The notes: a model not told the origin generated them from the letters alone. Counted from the stretch's first letter, positions 48,398 to 61,641 are shown. The stretch is 64,000 bases of DNA from Iphione sp. A-MEVVRFRX5 (GCA_976226885.1 OZ320317.1:55242001-55306000), one strand, 5' to 3'. Numbers and translations are program-made.

Positions 48398-51300
48398 CTA
48401 TAACCCCTCCTCCTTCGAATCGTCTGTCCCTGCCCGGTCTCCGTCCGTCGGGAGATGGGCTCGCCGCCAACTGACTATCCACCGTGGTAGATTCCCACTG
48501 CAGTAGCGCCGCAAGCGGTTGCAATGAACTACCTTCGGTCTCGCCTTTCGCGTGCGTTGAACGACATACCGTGCATCGTCCAATCGTTTGACAACCAGCC
48601 AGGGTCCAACCCAGGGGAAGTAGGTCTTCAGGCTTTGGCCTCTTGGGGGTTGGGCTTCGTGTAGCCAAACGACGTCCCCTTCCCGAAGTTGAGTTCCCAC
48701 GACCCTCCGGTCGTACGCCCGTCCCTGGGTCTTAGCAGCTCGTTGGAGATGGTGTCGCACGGTCTTGAAAGCGACTTGAAGTCGACGACTCACTTCAGCT
48801 ACCCTCTCCGGGAGGGGTCGCTCATCGGGACAATGTTGCGGGAACCCAGCCCAGGCATGTACCGGTAGCACGACCTCTCGTCCGAACATTAGGAGGTTGG
48901 GGGTATACCCCGTACTAGATTGCGGGGAGGCCCTATATGCCATCATGAGGTAGGGTAAGGCCTCATCCCAATCGTTCTGTGTCTCATAGCAGTGCGCTTT
49001 CACCATGCGCCCAACAGTGTGGAAACTCCTCTCTATAAATCCATCGCTCTGTGGGTGACGCGGGGTCGTACGGGTCTTCTTAATTTCCAGAAACTGGCAG
49101 AGTGCTGTTAGGACCTCACTGCAGAAGTTCGTGCCCTGGTCGCTGTGGATTTCCAAGAAGCACCCATATCGCAAGATAACTTCCTCAGCAAGGAGCGTAG
49201 CCACCCGGCCAGCCTTCTGGTCCGGCATGGCGAAAGCCTCCAACCACTTCGTAAAATGGTCACCCACCATCAGTATGTATTTGTTTCCCCGCCGAGTCTC
49301 AGGCAGGGGGCCGGCCACATCCATGGACCACCTCTCCATTGGTTCTCCCGGCAGGTAGGTCACTAATGTCGTTTGGGGCTTGTACGGGTTGACATTCAGC
49401 AGGGCGCAATGACAGCGGCGGCAGAAGGCCTCAACCTCTCGCCTCATCCCAGGCCAATAATAGGGGAGGGCAATCAGGTAGGTGGTACGATCTGTTGCCA
49501 AGTGACTCCCCGTGCGACCTGCATGCACTTCTTTGATGGCTGCATCTCGTCGGCTGGCGGGGAGTATAACCTGTAGCCTAGACGGCTCATCCCCGATCCC
49601 ATACCAGCGGCGTTGTAGGAGTCCGTCATGCACCACTAGCCGGTCCCACTGTCTCCAGAGGGCTTTAGCGCAGGCGGGCAAAGCCGAGACCTTGTCCCAC
49701 AAGGGCCGGTCATTCTCGTTCTCTTTCAGTCACAGTACAGGCCCTATTGCTTCGTCTAACAGCTGCTCCCGGCGCAGATCTCGTGAGCCAGCGTCAGTGA
49801 TTTGACTTCGTGTGACCACCCGTACCGTGGCTGATATGGGCTCCTCTCGCTCCAGGTGAGGCTGTTTGCACTGTCTGCAAATGCGCCGAGAGAGCGCATC
49901 TGCGTTTGAATTCAGGCGACCGGCCCGATGCACGAATTGTACTTGGTACTGGCCGATTCTCTCCAGCCATCTGGCTAGTTGTCCCTCAGGGTCCTTTATC
50001 CTCGTCAGCCAGCTCACCGCCCCATTATCAGTGCGCACAGTGACGTCTTGCCCATACAGGTAGAAATGAAAATGCTTGAGTGCGGCCACCACGGCCAGCA
50101 GTTCCCTTCTCATGACGCAGTACCGCCGCTCGGCCTCACTGAGGCTCCTGCTGAAGTAAGCTAGCACAACTTCTTCGCCCGACTGCTCTTGAGCCAGGAC
50201 GGCCCCCAGGCCAACATTGCTGGCGTCGGTGTCCAGGTAATACCTGCCTTCTGCATGAGGATAACCAAGGACCGGGCTGGTGCTGAGTGCGCGTTTGAGG
50301 CTCTGGAAGGCAGCCTCTTCTTGGGAGCCCCAGGAAAATCTTACTCGTGAGCTGGTCAGCCGGTTAAGCGGGGCTGCTAGATCGGCGAACTGGGGAACAT
50401 GTCGGCGATAGTAAGAGCAGATCCCAAGGAAAGCACGGACGTCTGTCGTGCATCGTGGGGTTGGCCACTCAATGATGTCTTTTGTCTTCACAGGGTCAGT
50501 AGCTACTCCTTTTTGCGACACCACATGGCCTAGAAAGCTGACTTCCTCTAGGAACAACTGACACTTCGTAGGCTTTAGTTTCAGGCCGGCACTGGCGATG
50601 CGGCTCAGTACATGGTCCAAGCGACACAAGGTCTCGTCAAAGTCCCGACCAAACACCAGAATGTCATCCAAGTACACCAGGCATTGTTCCCAGGCTAAAC
50701 CACGAAGCACAGTGTCCATCAAGCGTTCGAACGTGGCCGGAGCATTCACCAGACCGAATGGCATTACGGTGAACTCATACAGGCCCACAGACGTAGAAAA
50801 GGCCGTCTTCTCTTGGTCATCGGGGTGCATTCGTACTTGCCAGTACCCCGACGCCAGGTCTAATGAACAGAAATAGCGAGCTCCGGCCAGGGTACTCAAT
50901 GAGTCGTCAATTCTCGGTAGGGGGTATGCATCGACCTTAGTCTGCTGGTTGAGCTTTCGATAATCTACGCAGAACCGGGTGGTGCCGTCTTTCTTTCGCA
51001 CCATGACCACTGGGCTGGACCAAGGGCTATTACTCTCCTGTATCACCCCCAAAGTCTTCATCTCTTGTACTAGCTCCCGCTCCTCCTTCCTGCGTGTCAA
51101 CGGGAGGCGTCTGGGAGGTTGCTTGATGGGGTGGGGGTCGGTCAGGTAAATTCGGTGTTGAACGATATCGGTCCTCCCCAGGTCCCCCTTTGTCTGCGCA
51201 AACACGGCCGCATGTTTCCTGAGCACCTTGGCTAATGCTTCTTGTTCTTCTTGCTCCAAGCGCGGGGCGGTCTGAGCTAGCAAATTCTTTAACACTGCTT

Positions 51301-52054
51301 CCACTTCCCTCCGAACAGCACAGACTCTAGCCGAGTACCCTCCTTCTTTGTTCTCTAGGCAACTGGCAGGGTAACCCATTGCCACCAGGGTACCCTGCGT
51401 CAATGTAACTTCTTGGTTTTGGAGATTCCACAAAGGTAATGCAGTTCTGACAACACTTCGAATCCCAAAGATCCCTCTTCTCAATTGGTCCTCCTCTACT
51501 CCCTCCACTAGGAAGGCATCACCACCCCCATTAGTTAGAGGGACTGCTATCCCCTCTCCCGGGGGAAGGGTAACGTCATGGGCTAAACGCAAAGGGACCC
51601 GCTCTCCCAGAATCTGTCGGGCTCCTATCCCCGGGCCAAATCGAACCCTCCCCTGTGCTAAATCTATAACTGCCTGGTGTTGGTTGAGGAAATCACTCCC
51701 CAGTAGACCCTCTTCCCCAATGTTGGCAAACAGGAAAGGATGAGTAAACTGTTGACCCGCTATCTCAACCTCCAGAATCTCTCGGCCCAATGTGGGAATA
51801 ACGTGCCCCCCTGCCCCAGTAATACGGACATCCCCGCCTTCACCATCTAGGCCAGGGACCACCCCCGGGTTAATAATGGAAACTTCAGCCCCCGTGTCAA
51901 TGAGAAACAAGTATTTGTCACCCCTCACGCTTACCTGCAAATGTGGCCCCTGGCCTTGTTCCATTATCTGCCCCGTAGGGGTCTGTTCAGCCAAGCCCTC
52001 CTGGCCTACTGGGCTGGCTGCTGGGCGTTTCCCTGGGTAGGGGCCTGTGGGCAA
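48398..52054 (-). pseudogene. pol: Gypsy Pol (PR-RT-RH-INT) with a single in-frame TGA at 49730-49732 upstream of the integrase
   Basis: LIDTGA protease, YLDD RT, DTDAS RNase H, integrase D (SMDVAGP), D (HSDQG), E (GFIER) and GPW motif. ORFs 49730-52054 and 48398-49702 are in the same frame. Confidence 0.93.
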
Positions 52055-52857
52055 TCCCGCTTAAAGTGGCCTTGTTGTCCACATTGGTAGCATCCCGTAA
52101 ATCGCGGTTTCCGAGGTTTTCCCTCCTCCTGGGCCTTCTCTCCTTCACGGAACTTGCGTAATTCCTGCGCAATGATCTCCTCCACTTCCTTCTTCCAGGT
52201 CGGAGTGACTGGGGGAGCGGGCGGCTGTTGTACCACATTAACTGTCTTCGCCCGGAACCGCTCTTGGGTTTCCACCACCTGGATAGCATTGTCAAGGGTG
52301 GTGCATTTTGCTTCCAGGCATTTGAGATGCAAGGAGTCCGCCAAGGCCCTCTGAAAGGCCGCCACGGCTGCCAGTTCCCTGGTCTCCCCGGTTACATCGG
52401 GATAAGCTGTGCGAACTAGCCTCCTTACCCGGTCGGCCAGGTCTCGGATGTCCTCGTCCTTCTGTCGTCTCACTCCGGACAGTTTCTGCATCGCTACCAC
52501 CCGATCCCTGCGTCGGCCGAATCGCCGCTCGAGGGCTGCCACCCTTGAGGCGTAATCTCTCTTGTCATCCGCGGGTAGGTCTCCGTAGAACATGCGTGCT
52601 GTCCCGGTGAGCGACAAAGTCAGAGCCGAACATTTGGTATCCTCGCCCCAACGGCATGCGTCCGCCCACTCGGAGAATTGGCCAATCCAGCTGTCCCAAT
52701 CAACAGTCTTCCCATCGAAGCGCTCGGGTTTCAGGGTGTTCATCTTCAATGGCTCCTCTGGGGCAATCTCAAAGTGTTCGTCTTCTTCCTCGGCGGGTGC
52801 AGGACTAGTCACCCGAATCTGAACCTCATCATCCACTGAGACATACGCTGTAGCCAT
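52006..52857 (-). CDS. gag: Gypsy Gag (283 aa)
   Basis: KPERFDG..W..W..QF capsid-like start; CYQCGQQGHFKRDC zinc knuckle. Confidence 0.93.
   Translation of the reverse strand: MATAYVSVDDEVQIRVTSPAPAEEEDEHFEIAPEEPLKMNTLKPERFDGKTVDWDSWIGQFSEWADACRWGEDTKCSALTLSLTGTARMFYGDLPADDKRDYASRVAALERRFGRRRDRVVAMQKLSGVRRQKDEDIRDLADRVRRLVRTAYPDVTGETRELAAVAAFQRALADSLHLKCLEAKCTTLDNAIQVVETQERFRAKTVNVVQQPPAPPVTPTWKKEVEEIIAQELRKFREGEKAQEEGKPRKPRFTGCYQCGQQGHFKRDCPQAPTQGNAQQPAQ
52027..52033 (-). promoter_or_regulatory. -1 ribosomal frameshift slippery site G GGA AAC with a downstream stem-loop (51988-52020)
   Basis: The heptamer is in the gag frame inside the gag/pol overlap, pol is in the -1 frame, and a 6-nt spacer precedes CAGCCAGCCC...GGGCTTGGCTG. 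Confidence 0.8.
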
Positions 52858-52867
52858 CCTGTCTGGG

Positions 52868-52887
52868 GAATCCCACTTCTGACACCA
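52868..52887 (-). promoter_or_regulatory. Primer-binding site complementary to the 3' end of tRNA-Leu(CAA)
   Basis: TGGTGTCAGAAGTGGGATTC begins 1 nt after the 5' LTR. The eukaryotic tRNA-Leu(CAA) 3' end is GAATCCCACTTCTGACACCA. Confidence 0.9.
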
Positions 52888-52888
52888 G

Positions 52889-53763
52889 TGTAATTAGCGT
52901 GTTTAATTCTCCACTTGGCAGTATCCAGCTATGACTGCTAGTATCCTGGCTTAGTTGCCTTACTAGTATTGCTCCACTAGGTAATCCTCAAGCCCACCCT
53001 TAAGGTTGCTCCAAGTGGTTTTGTGTTCCTATCATTCCCTGAAGAGACAAGTGCCACAACGTAATCCAAGTTCAGACTGACTTTATTTGCCACACTGGGC
53101 TCTTATTTATAGCAATCCACAGTGTCATGTGATCAGGCCATGTATCAATGTATGGAATAAAACTGCTACAACAAGTTCAGTGTCACTCTGTTCCACCAAT
53201 CAATGCACAGGCAAAAGCTACAAAGTAATAGGGGCCTGGATTACCAGGGCCCAAGGTCACCCCTAACTTTTTCTTTGCTATGAATAACGGTGGTGCCACG
53301 GTTCTTTCTTAAGTCCAGCCTTTAGGGTCACAGAGTGCACCTAATCTAGCCGTGGCACCACGACTTATCTTATTCAACTGTAATACCGAGGTCACCGAGT
53401 ACATCTTATCAAACTGTGGCACCACGACTCTGTACACTTATTACCAGTACCAGGGTCACCGAGTACACTCCATCTGGCCGTGGCACCACGATTTATCTTA
53501 TTCAACTGTAATACCGAGGTCACCGAGTACATCTTACCAAACTGTGCCACCACGACTCTGTACACTTATTACCAGTACCAGGGTCACCGAGTACACTCCA
53601 TCTGGTCGTGGCACCACGATTTATCTTATTCAACTGTAATACCGAGGTCACCGAGTACATCTTACCAAACTGTGGCACCACGACTCTGTACACTTATTAC
53701 CAGTACCAGGGTCACCGAGTACACTCCATCTGGCCGTGGCACCACGACTTATCTTATTCTACA
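52889..53763 (-). repeat. 5' LTR (875 bp)
   Basis: Offset 10186 bp from the 3' LTR; TGTAATTAG...TTATTCTACA. Confidence 0.97.
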
Positions 53764-54400
53764 GTACATCTTCCCTCACAGGCTCTTCCATCTAATCACC
53801 AGTCACTTCGGCACATAGAGTTGCTTTCGGGGGATTTGCAAGTGCTAGCGACCTAGTGGCTGTGACAAAAATGTCTGGTGCGACATGAGAGTCGATTTCC
53901 TCTCCATCTTCAAGCAGTCGAATTGGTCTGGGTACTTTTGTTACCTCTAACACAGTTCTATTCAGTACCTCCCAATAGTCCTTAGAGGACCTACATGATG
54001 GCAGTTGTTTCCCAACATGAGCACATTTCACTTTTCTAATTTTACTCCTCACTAGGTTTTTGTAGAATTGCTAACTCGCAAACTGTCTATGCACCCCTCT
54101 GATCTATAGACTTTATTGTACGCCTGTTGTAGTGAGTATAGCCCTGTCAACCATAACATCATGCAGTGACACTGCATAATGCATGCCATATACACCATAT
54201 GCATGATGGATACTTCACGGGAAGGCACGATGGACATGCATATGGATTGGGATGGTCTTCAGACCTTGGCCTCTTGGTTGAAACCATGTGACACAAGGCA
54301 CTCCAATTGACCGATCGCTTTTTGTGAGTGACAGTTGAGTCTAGCCAACCACAGCACATCCTACAAAAAGCGTGGGAACCTTGAGCATAGACAAACAAAG
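53764..54400 (-). pseudogene. Degenerate LINE ORF2, upstream (EN-RT linker) part, continuing across the Gypsy insertion
   Basis: FYKNLVRSKIRKVK..KDYWEVL linker-like segments. Sequence on either side of the GTAC duplication reads as one LINE. Right boundary approximate. Confidence 0.6.
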
Positions 54401-55179
54401 CTGTCAAGCATTGGACTCAATGGGGAGTTGATTTTTTCAGTTAATATTACAGATAGAATTATTTGCTTTTAACAGCATAAAGAGAATATATTAACAATGA
54501 TTCAGACTAACTTAGGTATTTTTCTGTTGTATAGTTTCCAAGTTGCAAGGGGTCAAAGATGACTGTTTTAGCATTGAAAGTGCCTTGGGAACCTACAACT
54601 TGTCTATGCCGGATGCAGGTGTCAGAGGTGACTCTGGGTGGGCATGGTTATCTGCCCAAAAGCGATTGGTGAATATGCTGTTGACATAGAAAAGAGAAAA
54701 CATTCCGCATAGATCAGGAAAGTCCAGTAGGAATTTCACCAATCTTCCTAAAGCCCAGAGTCAACAAGTTGAAAAAAGTGCTCATTAATAGGAAACAATT
54801 ACCAGAGAAAAATATCCTCAAGCCTCAGTTAAAGAGGCGATCAATATACATGTCCTCTTTGTTGTCTGCCAGTGATTTCAGCAAACAGCAGAGACGAAAC
54901 GTATAGATCTAGTTTATTACACTACCTATATAAATTTTACCTGAAAGTAGTATGGCCATGGGGAGGAGGTCTTATGGTTGTTAGACTCTTTCCAACTCTC
55001 ATAGTTTGCTTTTTCCATATGGTTGGGTCAATACTTTTTCAAATCACAGACAGTAACATATGTTTTCTGTCAGAAAATACAAAACAAAAGAAAATGACCC
55101 CAAAAATGGTATCGTTTTGGACTACTTTGGGTGGGGGAAGAGACAGAGAGAGAATATCACTATGCCTGTACAAGCCTAT

Positions 55180-55302
55180 CAGTCTGTAATCTGACCCAGC
55201 AAAGTGGGAGGGGGCTCCATCCTTTGGTTCTGCCTGACTGGACAAAGAGCAGTAGAGGGGGTGATAGTACCCTCCCACCCTGCTGGGTCAAAGTACAGAC
55301 TG
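55180..55302. repeat. Small inverted-repeat element (about 33-bp arms)
   Basis: CAGTCTGTAATCTGACCCAGCAAAGTGGGAGGG versus CCCTCCCACCCTGCTGGGTCAAAGTACAGACTG (about 4 mismatches). Confidence 0.7.
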
Positions 55303-55814
55303 CCAAGCACACAGAATGCATGTATATACGCGAGTTGGCGCCACAGGCACTTGTTACACTACTTATATAAAAAGGCATCGTCCCGGAAATCCGGTTCGAC
55401 CTCAGTGGATTGTGGGAGATTCACTGTGAAAAAGCCGATTCAAAATGGCGGAATGGTGTCGATTCGATTTTTGCTCACTAAAATTGGGAGAAATTGGACC
55501 ATTTAAGATCAAACCAAGATGGAAATAACTGACATAAATCATAAATGCCTCTTTCTGATATGGTTCCATTACGTTTTGTATATAAATTTCGATTTGACAA
55601 CACTTTGCGTAACATTCCGAACTCCTCCTGGTACCCCTCCCTCGATTTCGTGTGAACGTAAGGTATGGGAGCCAGGATGATTGTTATTTCCGCTTGGCGG
55701 CGAACTTACGCTTTTCGTGAATATAATCGTGCGAAGCACACTGGTATCTATAAAAGAAGTGGATTTTCTTATAATCTTATAATTTGGGCGTAAATAAATC
55801 ATTTAATAAATAAA

Positions 55815-55970
55815 CAGGCCTGTAGCCAGGAAGGTGGGGGGATGTATCAGACAATACCCCCATCACCCCAAGGTTGGAACTCCTAGTGACCATCTCTTTG
55901 GAAGTCTGTATGTAGGAATCTTGGTTGGGGGTATCAGATGATAACGCAATACCCCTTAGCCACGGGCCTG
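55815..55970. mobile_element. Small MITE of the CAGGCC-GTAGCC family
   Basis: CAGGCCTGTAGCCAGG ... CTTAGCCACGGGCCTG imperfect TIRs. Confidence 0.6.
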
Positions 55971-56933
55971 GATACATGAAATGATCTCCAACGAGTATTC
56001 CTTTTCTCAACATAAATGTTATCTGGTCAAACGTATCATTCACATACTTACCCTTTAGTTCTGCACTTTATTGATATTATGTCCCAATGTTTTGAGGGAC
56101 TTCTTTCTTTCACTTATAGTAACGGGATTGTGCCCCTATGGTTGTGTTTAGTATTTTTGGCTACTTTTCGGTGGCTCTGTGCATGCTTGGTTTTCCGTAT
56201 GCTGAATTTGGTCTGGTTACACTTCCCCATTCATGTAGCAAACATGGATCAAAAATACTTCATTTGAAAGGGAGGGTGGACTATTATGGACCTGTAGATT
56301 GAAACTAGATGGCACACATGAATTTGATCTATATACCCCATGCCTCGACATTGGTTCAGAGTCTCTACTAAATCCTATGTACAAAGTGTCACTTTGACCT
56401 GTTGCTGTTCTCTTATTTCTCCCCAGAAATCTTTGATAATTTGAATAAATGATCTCTAATACCTTCACCATATATATGCGACATCAGTTTCTCCTACCTT
56501 TCATAGTTTCTTAAAAGTGACAGGAGAAACATCACCCTCTATCTTCTAGTCTGTCAGCTAAGTAATGTGGAGGTGTTCGTAGGAGGCTACTCATGCCCAT
56601 GCACAGAGCGCTAGTTGATACAGGAACATGCCCATCCAGTTTAGTAAAAGTATGCATTGTTGTAAACACAAAGTCAACGAGTCCATTGGATTGTTGCATT
56701 GTATTTTATATAATAATAATAACAATAATATTAATTTTTATTATTCCAATTATCATCCTAGCAGACATTTTGCATAATGTGGAATAATCTTACAAGGTTA
56801 TACCTGAGTAGCTATTGACATAACCAGGTGATATATGACTTAATGTTGATGAGATGAGATATTATTATACATCTTTTCAACATAAATTCAATACATTGCA
56901 TAATGTGTTAGAGTACGACATTCCACCAGCTGT

Positions 56934-59200
56934 CTAGTAATCCTTACATGATAGATCTAGTGATAATATTTTAATACACTGATTGAACTCATGTGGGTCT
57001 GTAATATTCCTAAATAAGGGATCGAGCTTGTTCCAGAGATCAGCACCCATATAGATAGCACTGTTTTTATACAGATTACTCTTGGGTGTTTCTTGTTTTA
57101 TAACTGGACCATCCATAGACCTAGTGCCAGTATCAGATTTGAGTGGTAAAAGGTTAATATTTACCGACCTAAACATTGTGTCGAGCATAAAATAACAGCG
57201 TCGAGTATAGGTACTTTGAACTCCAAGGTTTTGATGTAAGTCTCTGGTACAAATGCCACGTGTCTTTAAGTATCTTTTAGATTACATTCTAAATATAATC
57301 CTCAGTGCCCTGTTTTGCATGATTTGAATCTTATCCAGCATCTTCTTACTGCAGGTTGATAGGTAGATAGTACGGTTGTCAATGATTGGTTGAATCATGA
57401 CTTTATAAACGGTTAGGGCTACATCAGGAGGAATGAATCCTTTTACCTTATTCAGGAGATACATCTTAGTTGACAATTTTTTGCATAAAAGTTTTGCCTC
57501 ATGCTCGAATCTAAGTTGACTATCTAGTGTCACACCTAAATATTTGTAGGTTTCAACTTGTTCAAGCATCTTATTATACAAGGTAAGTACTAAATTATTG
57601 TCTTGTTTTCCCTTTTTGTTGCTAATTAGCATAACCTTAGATTTGTCCGTATTAATAGCCAGTCTGTTGTGGTTGCACCAGTTCTCAACTAAGGTGCAAG
57701 CTATACTTAGTTTCCTGTTGAGTTCCTCTAGTGAGTTGCTCGTGGTGTAGATCACAGTGTCATCTGCGAAAAGTACAGCCAGTTCATTAATGAACCTGGT
57801 TATACCATTTATGTATAATGAGAAAAGGAGTGGGCCTAAAGTTGAGCCCTGAGGAACACCACAACTGATTGGCAGGGGGTTTGAGAGCACTCTGTTACAC
57901 AGTACTCTTTGCTGTCTACCACTCAGGTAATTTTCAAACCAATCGTGTGCCGCACCATCTATTGCAAATTCCATACGTAACTTATCAAGTAGGATACCAT
58001 GATTCACAGTATCGAAGGCCTTTTTTATATCCAGAAATAGCAGACCTGATAATTTGTTTTCATTAACAGCAAGATATTGATCATTTAATACTTTAATGAT
58101 TGCAGAATGCGTAGATCTCTGATGTCGGAATCCAAATTGGGCCTGAGATAGCAGTGAATCTTCTTCTAAGTATGCATGTAGCTGATTATATATTAATTTT
58201 TCAAGGATTTTGGCAAATAATGGCAGTAAGGAGATTGGCCTGTAGTTGTTTGGGTCCAGTGATGAACATGACTTATGAAGTGGAATAACAACAGCCGATT
58301 TCCAGGCATTTGGAATTGACCCAAGCTGAACTGACTTGTTTAGTAGCCTTGTCAGTTGGTTGATTGATTGACCCATTATGATTTTTAAGAATCATGTATT
58401 GATTTCTGGAACGCAGGATGCCTTGTTGGTATTTATTTTCTTGATTAGATTAACAACATCATTGCAGCTAAACTCAGTTCTATGAATGCTGTTGGTATTA
58501 GTCTCAGAAGAATGAGATTGAGCAGTATAAGATGGGAGTGGGACAGAGTTCATGATGTTTCGACCACACAAGGAGAAGTGTTTGTTAAATGTTTCAGATA
58601 CTGTGTCTCTCATATCATCATTATTGTGAAGTTTTATAGTATTTTTACTACCTTTGCTGATTCCGAGAATTGGTTTTAGATTTTGCCACATTTTTCCCGG
58701 ATAATTCTTATTTTTATTAATCACCCTCTTTATATGGAACTCCTTGTGCAGTCTCATGCTTTTTATTATATCATTACATAATTTTCTCGAAATGTTCCAG
58801 GTGTCTTCATCTTTTCTCTCTTTGGCCTTTTTAAGATAGTAGTTTTTAAGTCTTATTTGTTTTATCAATTGTTTTGTAATCCATGGATTTGTATTATTTT
58901 TAAAATTACAACTTTTTGGGGGAAAGAATTTGTCAGCTGTTGAGTGTATGTTATTCAAGTAGTTTTCCCAAGCTTTTTCAATATTGTTATTGTTATAAAG
59001 CTGATACCAATTTAATTCATTCAAGTAGTCACGTAGTTCCAGAGTGTCATAACTCTCATACCCTGTTCTATAATGTATACGACTGTTACTCATATTCATT
59101 GATGTGTTTTTAGTTTTTTTCTTAATAATAGAAGTGGCATAGTGGTCAGATAGATTAATTCTGAGGACACCCGTAGTACTTATGTATTTTATATTCGAGA
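56934..59200 (-). pseudogene. CR1-group LINE ORF2 (EN C-terminus, linker, RT, C-terminus) with nonsense mutations
   Basis: LSDH endonuclease motif at about 59150; NPWIT, NYRPISLLP, QFGFR, DIKKAFD, GVPQGSTLGP, FADD, YLGV, WNKL. ORFs 58392-59099, 57282-58376 and 56934-57188 are one frame broken by TGA (58392) and TAA (57282). Confidence 0.9.
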
Positions 59201-61641
59201 AGATGACATTTCGTTGATATGTATTTCAAATACTTGCATCTATTGTAAGAACAAGTCGCAAAAACAATGCTTCTAAGCTGTTGAGTTTTAATTTTTTTTT
59301 CCTCTCAATAAATAACTTTATTGTTCGAATTTCGTTTCACTAATATTGTCTTGTACTCAGTTGAGATTTAACAATTAGACAGCAACTGACAAATCAGACA
59401 CAATTATATACTTCCCATGTGCATCTTGTCCTGCAACGCATTAGAATATTGATGTAACGATCAAGAACTGTCTAAAAGTTTCACATCACATCACCTATTG
59501 ATGGTCAGCAAAATTTCTAATCCATGTTGACAGATGGATAATTTTTTCCTTAGGCTGGGTTCCATGTGTCTGGATTTTTTTTCTCACTAGTACGATTACA
59601 ATCGATAACCCAAAGATAGTAAAAGCAGGTGCTTAATATGGGCAAATATTGGAATACCATTTAAGAGGTAGGTTACATTCCTGATCTATGGAAAGTGAAC
59701 CCATGAAGGATGGCATGTGCTGTTAGTGTTTTCTGTTTAGAGGCAGGAATATCAACAGATGAAGGCCTGTAGAGGGTGGGATGGTTTATGATATTATTTC
59801 TGCATCATGTTTCTATGCATTCTTGGGAAGAACATAAATGTGACCCATTCTGGCAAAATGAGTTTGAAGTCGCAGGGGCTGAAACCGAGATAATTATGGC
59901 CTCCAAAGTCGGATGTCGGTCAAATTATTGAAAATGGGGTTTTGATTGTTTTCATATCTATCATGTCTGAAGTTTATTGTGTGTAAATATTAGACTCCTA
60001 TGATGACTATAAGTACCTGGAATATGAAGTTGGTGGACATGAGTACACAATGACAAAAGAACCCTAGCTTGGGGTTATTTTTCAAAACTTCAGCAGCTCG
60101 CCTTATGGTCCTCCGATCATCCTAGACCCACTTCCCAGGTACCTGCTGAAAGGGCATGTAGTTCTCTAGCCAATGACATCTTCAGATTTTGAAAGTGCAC
60201 TCTTTTTACCAATAACCAGGCATTTTAAAAAGAGCTGTGATATAAACAGTCATTGCCATGGGAGTCATGTGTAGCGAATGTCGAGAGTCTCCCATGTGCA
60301 TTTGTTTGGGTCAGTTTAAATGTTTGGCTTCATGGTGAGCAGGCGTGGGTCTCTGCTCTAGCGGAGGATAATAATTCATAGAGATGGGAATTGCGTAGCA
60401 TACAAATATATCCTAAATCTTCAAATAAGTAAATGAATTTTTGTTATATTATCAAAATATCCCTGTGCAATATAACAGGGTTTATCCCTACAGCTTTTCA
60501 GAAATGTTTAATGAATCAATAGTAAGAATAATACTGAAAGTATCAGATTTGATGTGCTAAAACCTTTTTGTAAGATATAAACTTAAATGTAAATTATTAC
60601 ATATTTTTGTCTAGTTATTATATAAGGCTTTTATGTAATACAGACTATGTTTCATCAATTTCTGCCATAAAATAATAAGTAAATTCATAGCTGGTTTTTG
60701 TTAAGAGTCATTTTAAATAGTACTTTTTAACCAGTTATTATCATGTCTATTTTTGACATATCCCGTGATGCATCATACATGCATCCTTGATGCCAAAGCA
60801 TATGGGGATGCACTATTTTTGTACAAAACAAGTATACTTGTAGATTATCACAGAATATGTTTCATATCACATACAGGGACAAATAAGGTATCAAAAGACT
60901 ACAAATCACCTCCTGAACACATTTTTAATTGAACGTTTTCTAGTAGGAGCAATATTTTTTCAATGTTAACCTCACAGTTATGTAAATTATGATAAATTAA
61001 ATGAAATTTTTAAAATTATATCTCACTTTCAAACCTGCCTTATTGCCATGGTAACCAAATAATGAGGTATAGTTATTTTCAAAATAAAATAGCATATTGG
61101 GAATTTTGTGTGCTCATCCTTTAATTGATTGATGAATACTGTTCACTGATGAAACTGGTTTTCTACCAACTAAACGATCACAAAGAACCATAAACATGCG
61201 TCAGCTGTTAAGGATTTTATTAGCTTCTCCGTTAAACAAAACAATAATCATAACGAAGATTGATTTAACAAAACATAGAGTTTATTTTTCGAAAATATAC
61301 ACGAGAGTGGCACCGATGGGAGAGGGAAATCCTAAGCGCAGAGCACCTTATATACATGTATACACCGACGTGTCTACTACGTCATCATTATTTGTGCATC
61401 ATTATTAATGTTAAAGGTTATATATTAAAAATAGACAATATACGTATGATGTTTCTTCCTGTGAATATTTCGTCCACAATGGCGCCATGTTTGTACTAGT
61501 TCTTTTGGGTGATGGATCATGTGACATCAGGTGACGCGGAGGCTAGGGAGGTAGGGGTCAAGGGTGAACGAGTTGACGAGTTGGACCAACTGTCGGTACA
61601 GACAGGGAACTATACAACCTACACATGCCATCTTAGATCAT

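Larger units (their letters stand above)
42703..53763 (-). mobile_element. Full-length Gypsy (Metaviridae) LTR retrotransposon, 11,061 bp, with accessory genes
   Basis: TG...CA LTRs, 4-bp TSD GTAC (42699-42702 and 53764-53767), PBS, PPT, gag and PR-RT-RH-INT order. Confidence 0.97.

Noticed and set aside
52868-52887. tRNA-Leu gene
   Set aside because: Only 20 nt of 3'-end complementarity including CCA, adjacent to the LTR: a primer-binding site.
59820-61100. Possible non-autonomous DNA element with CCATGGTAAC-type motifs
   Set aside because: No matching terminal repeats could be found.
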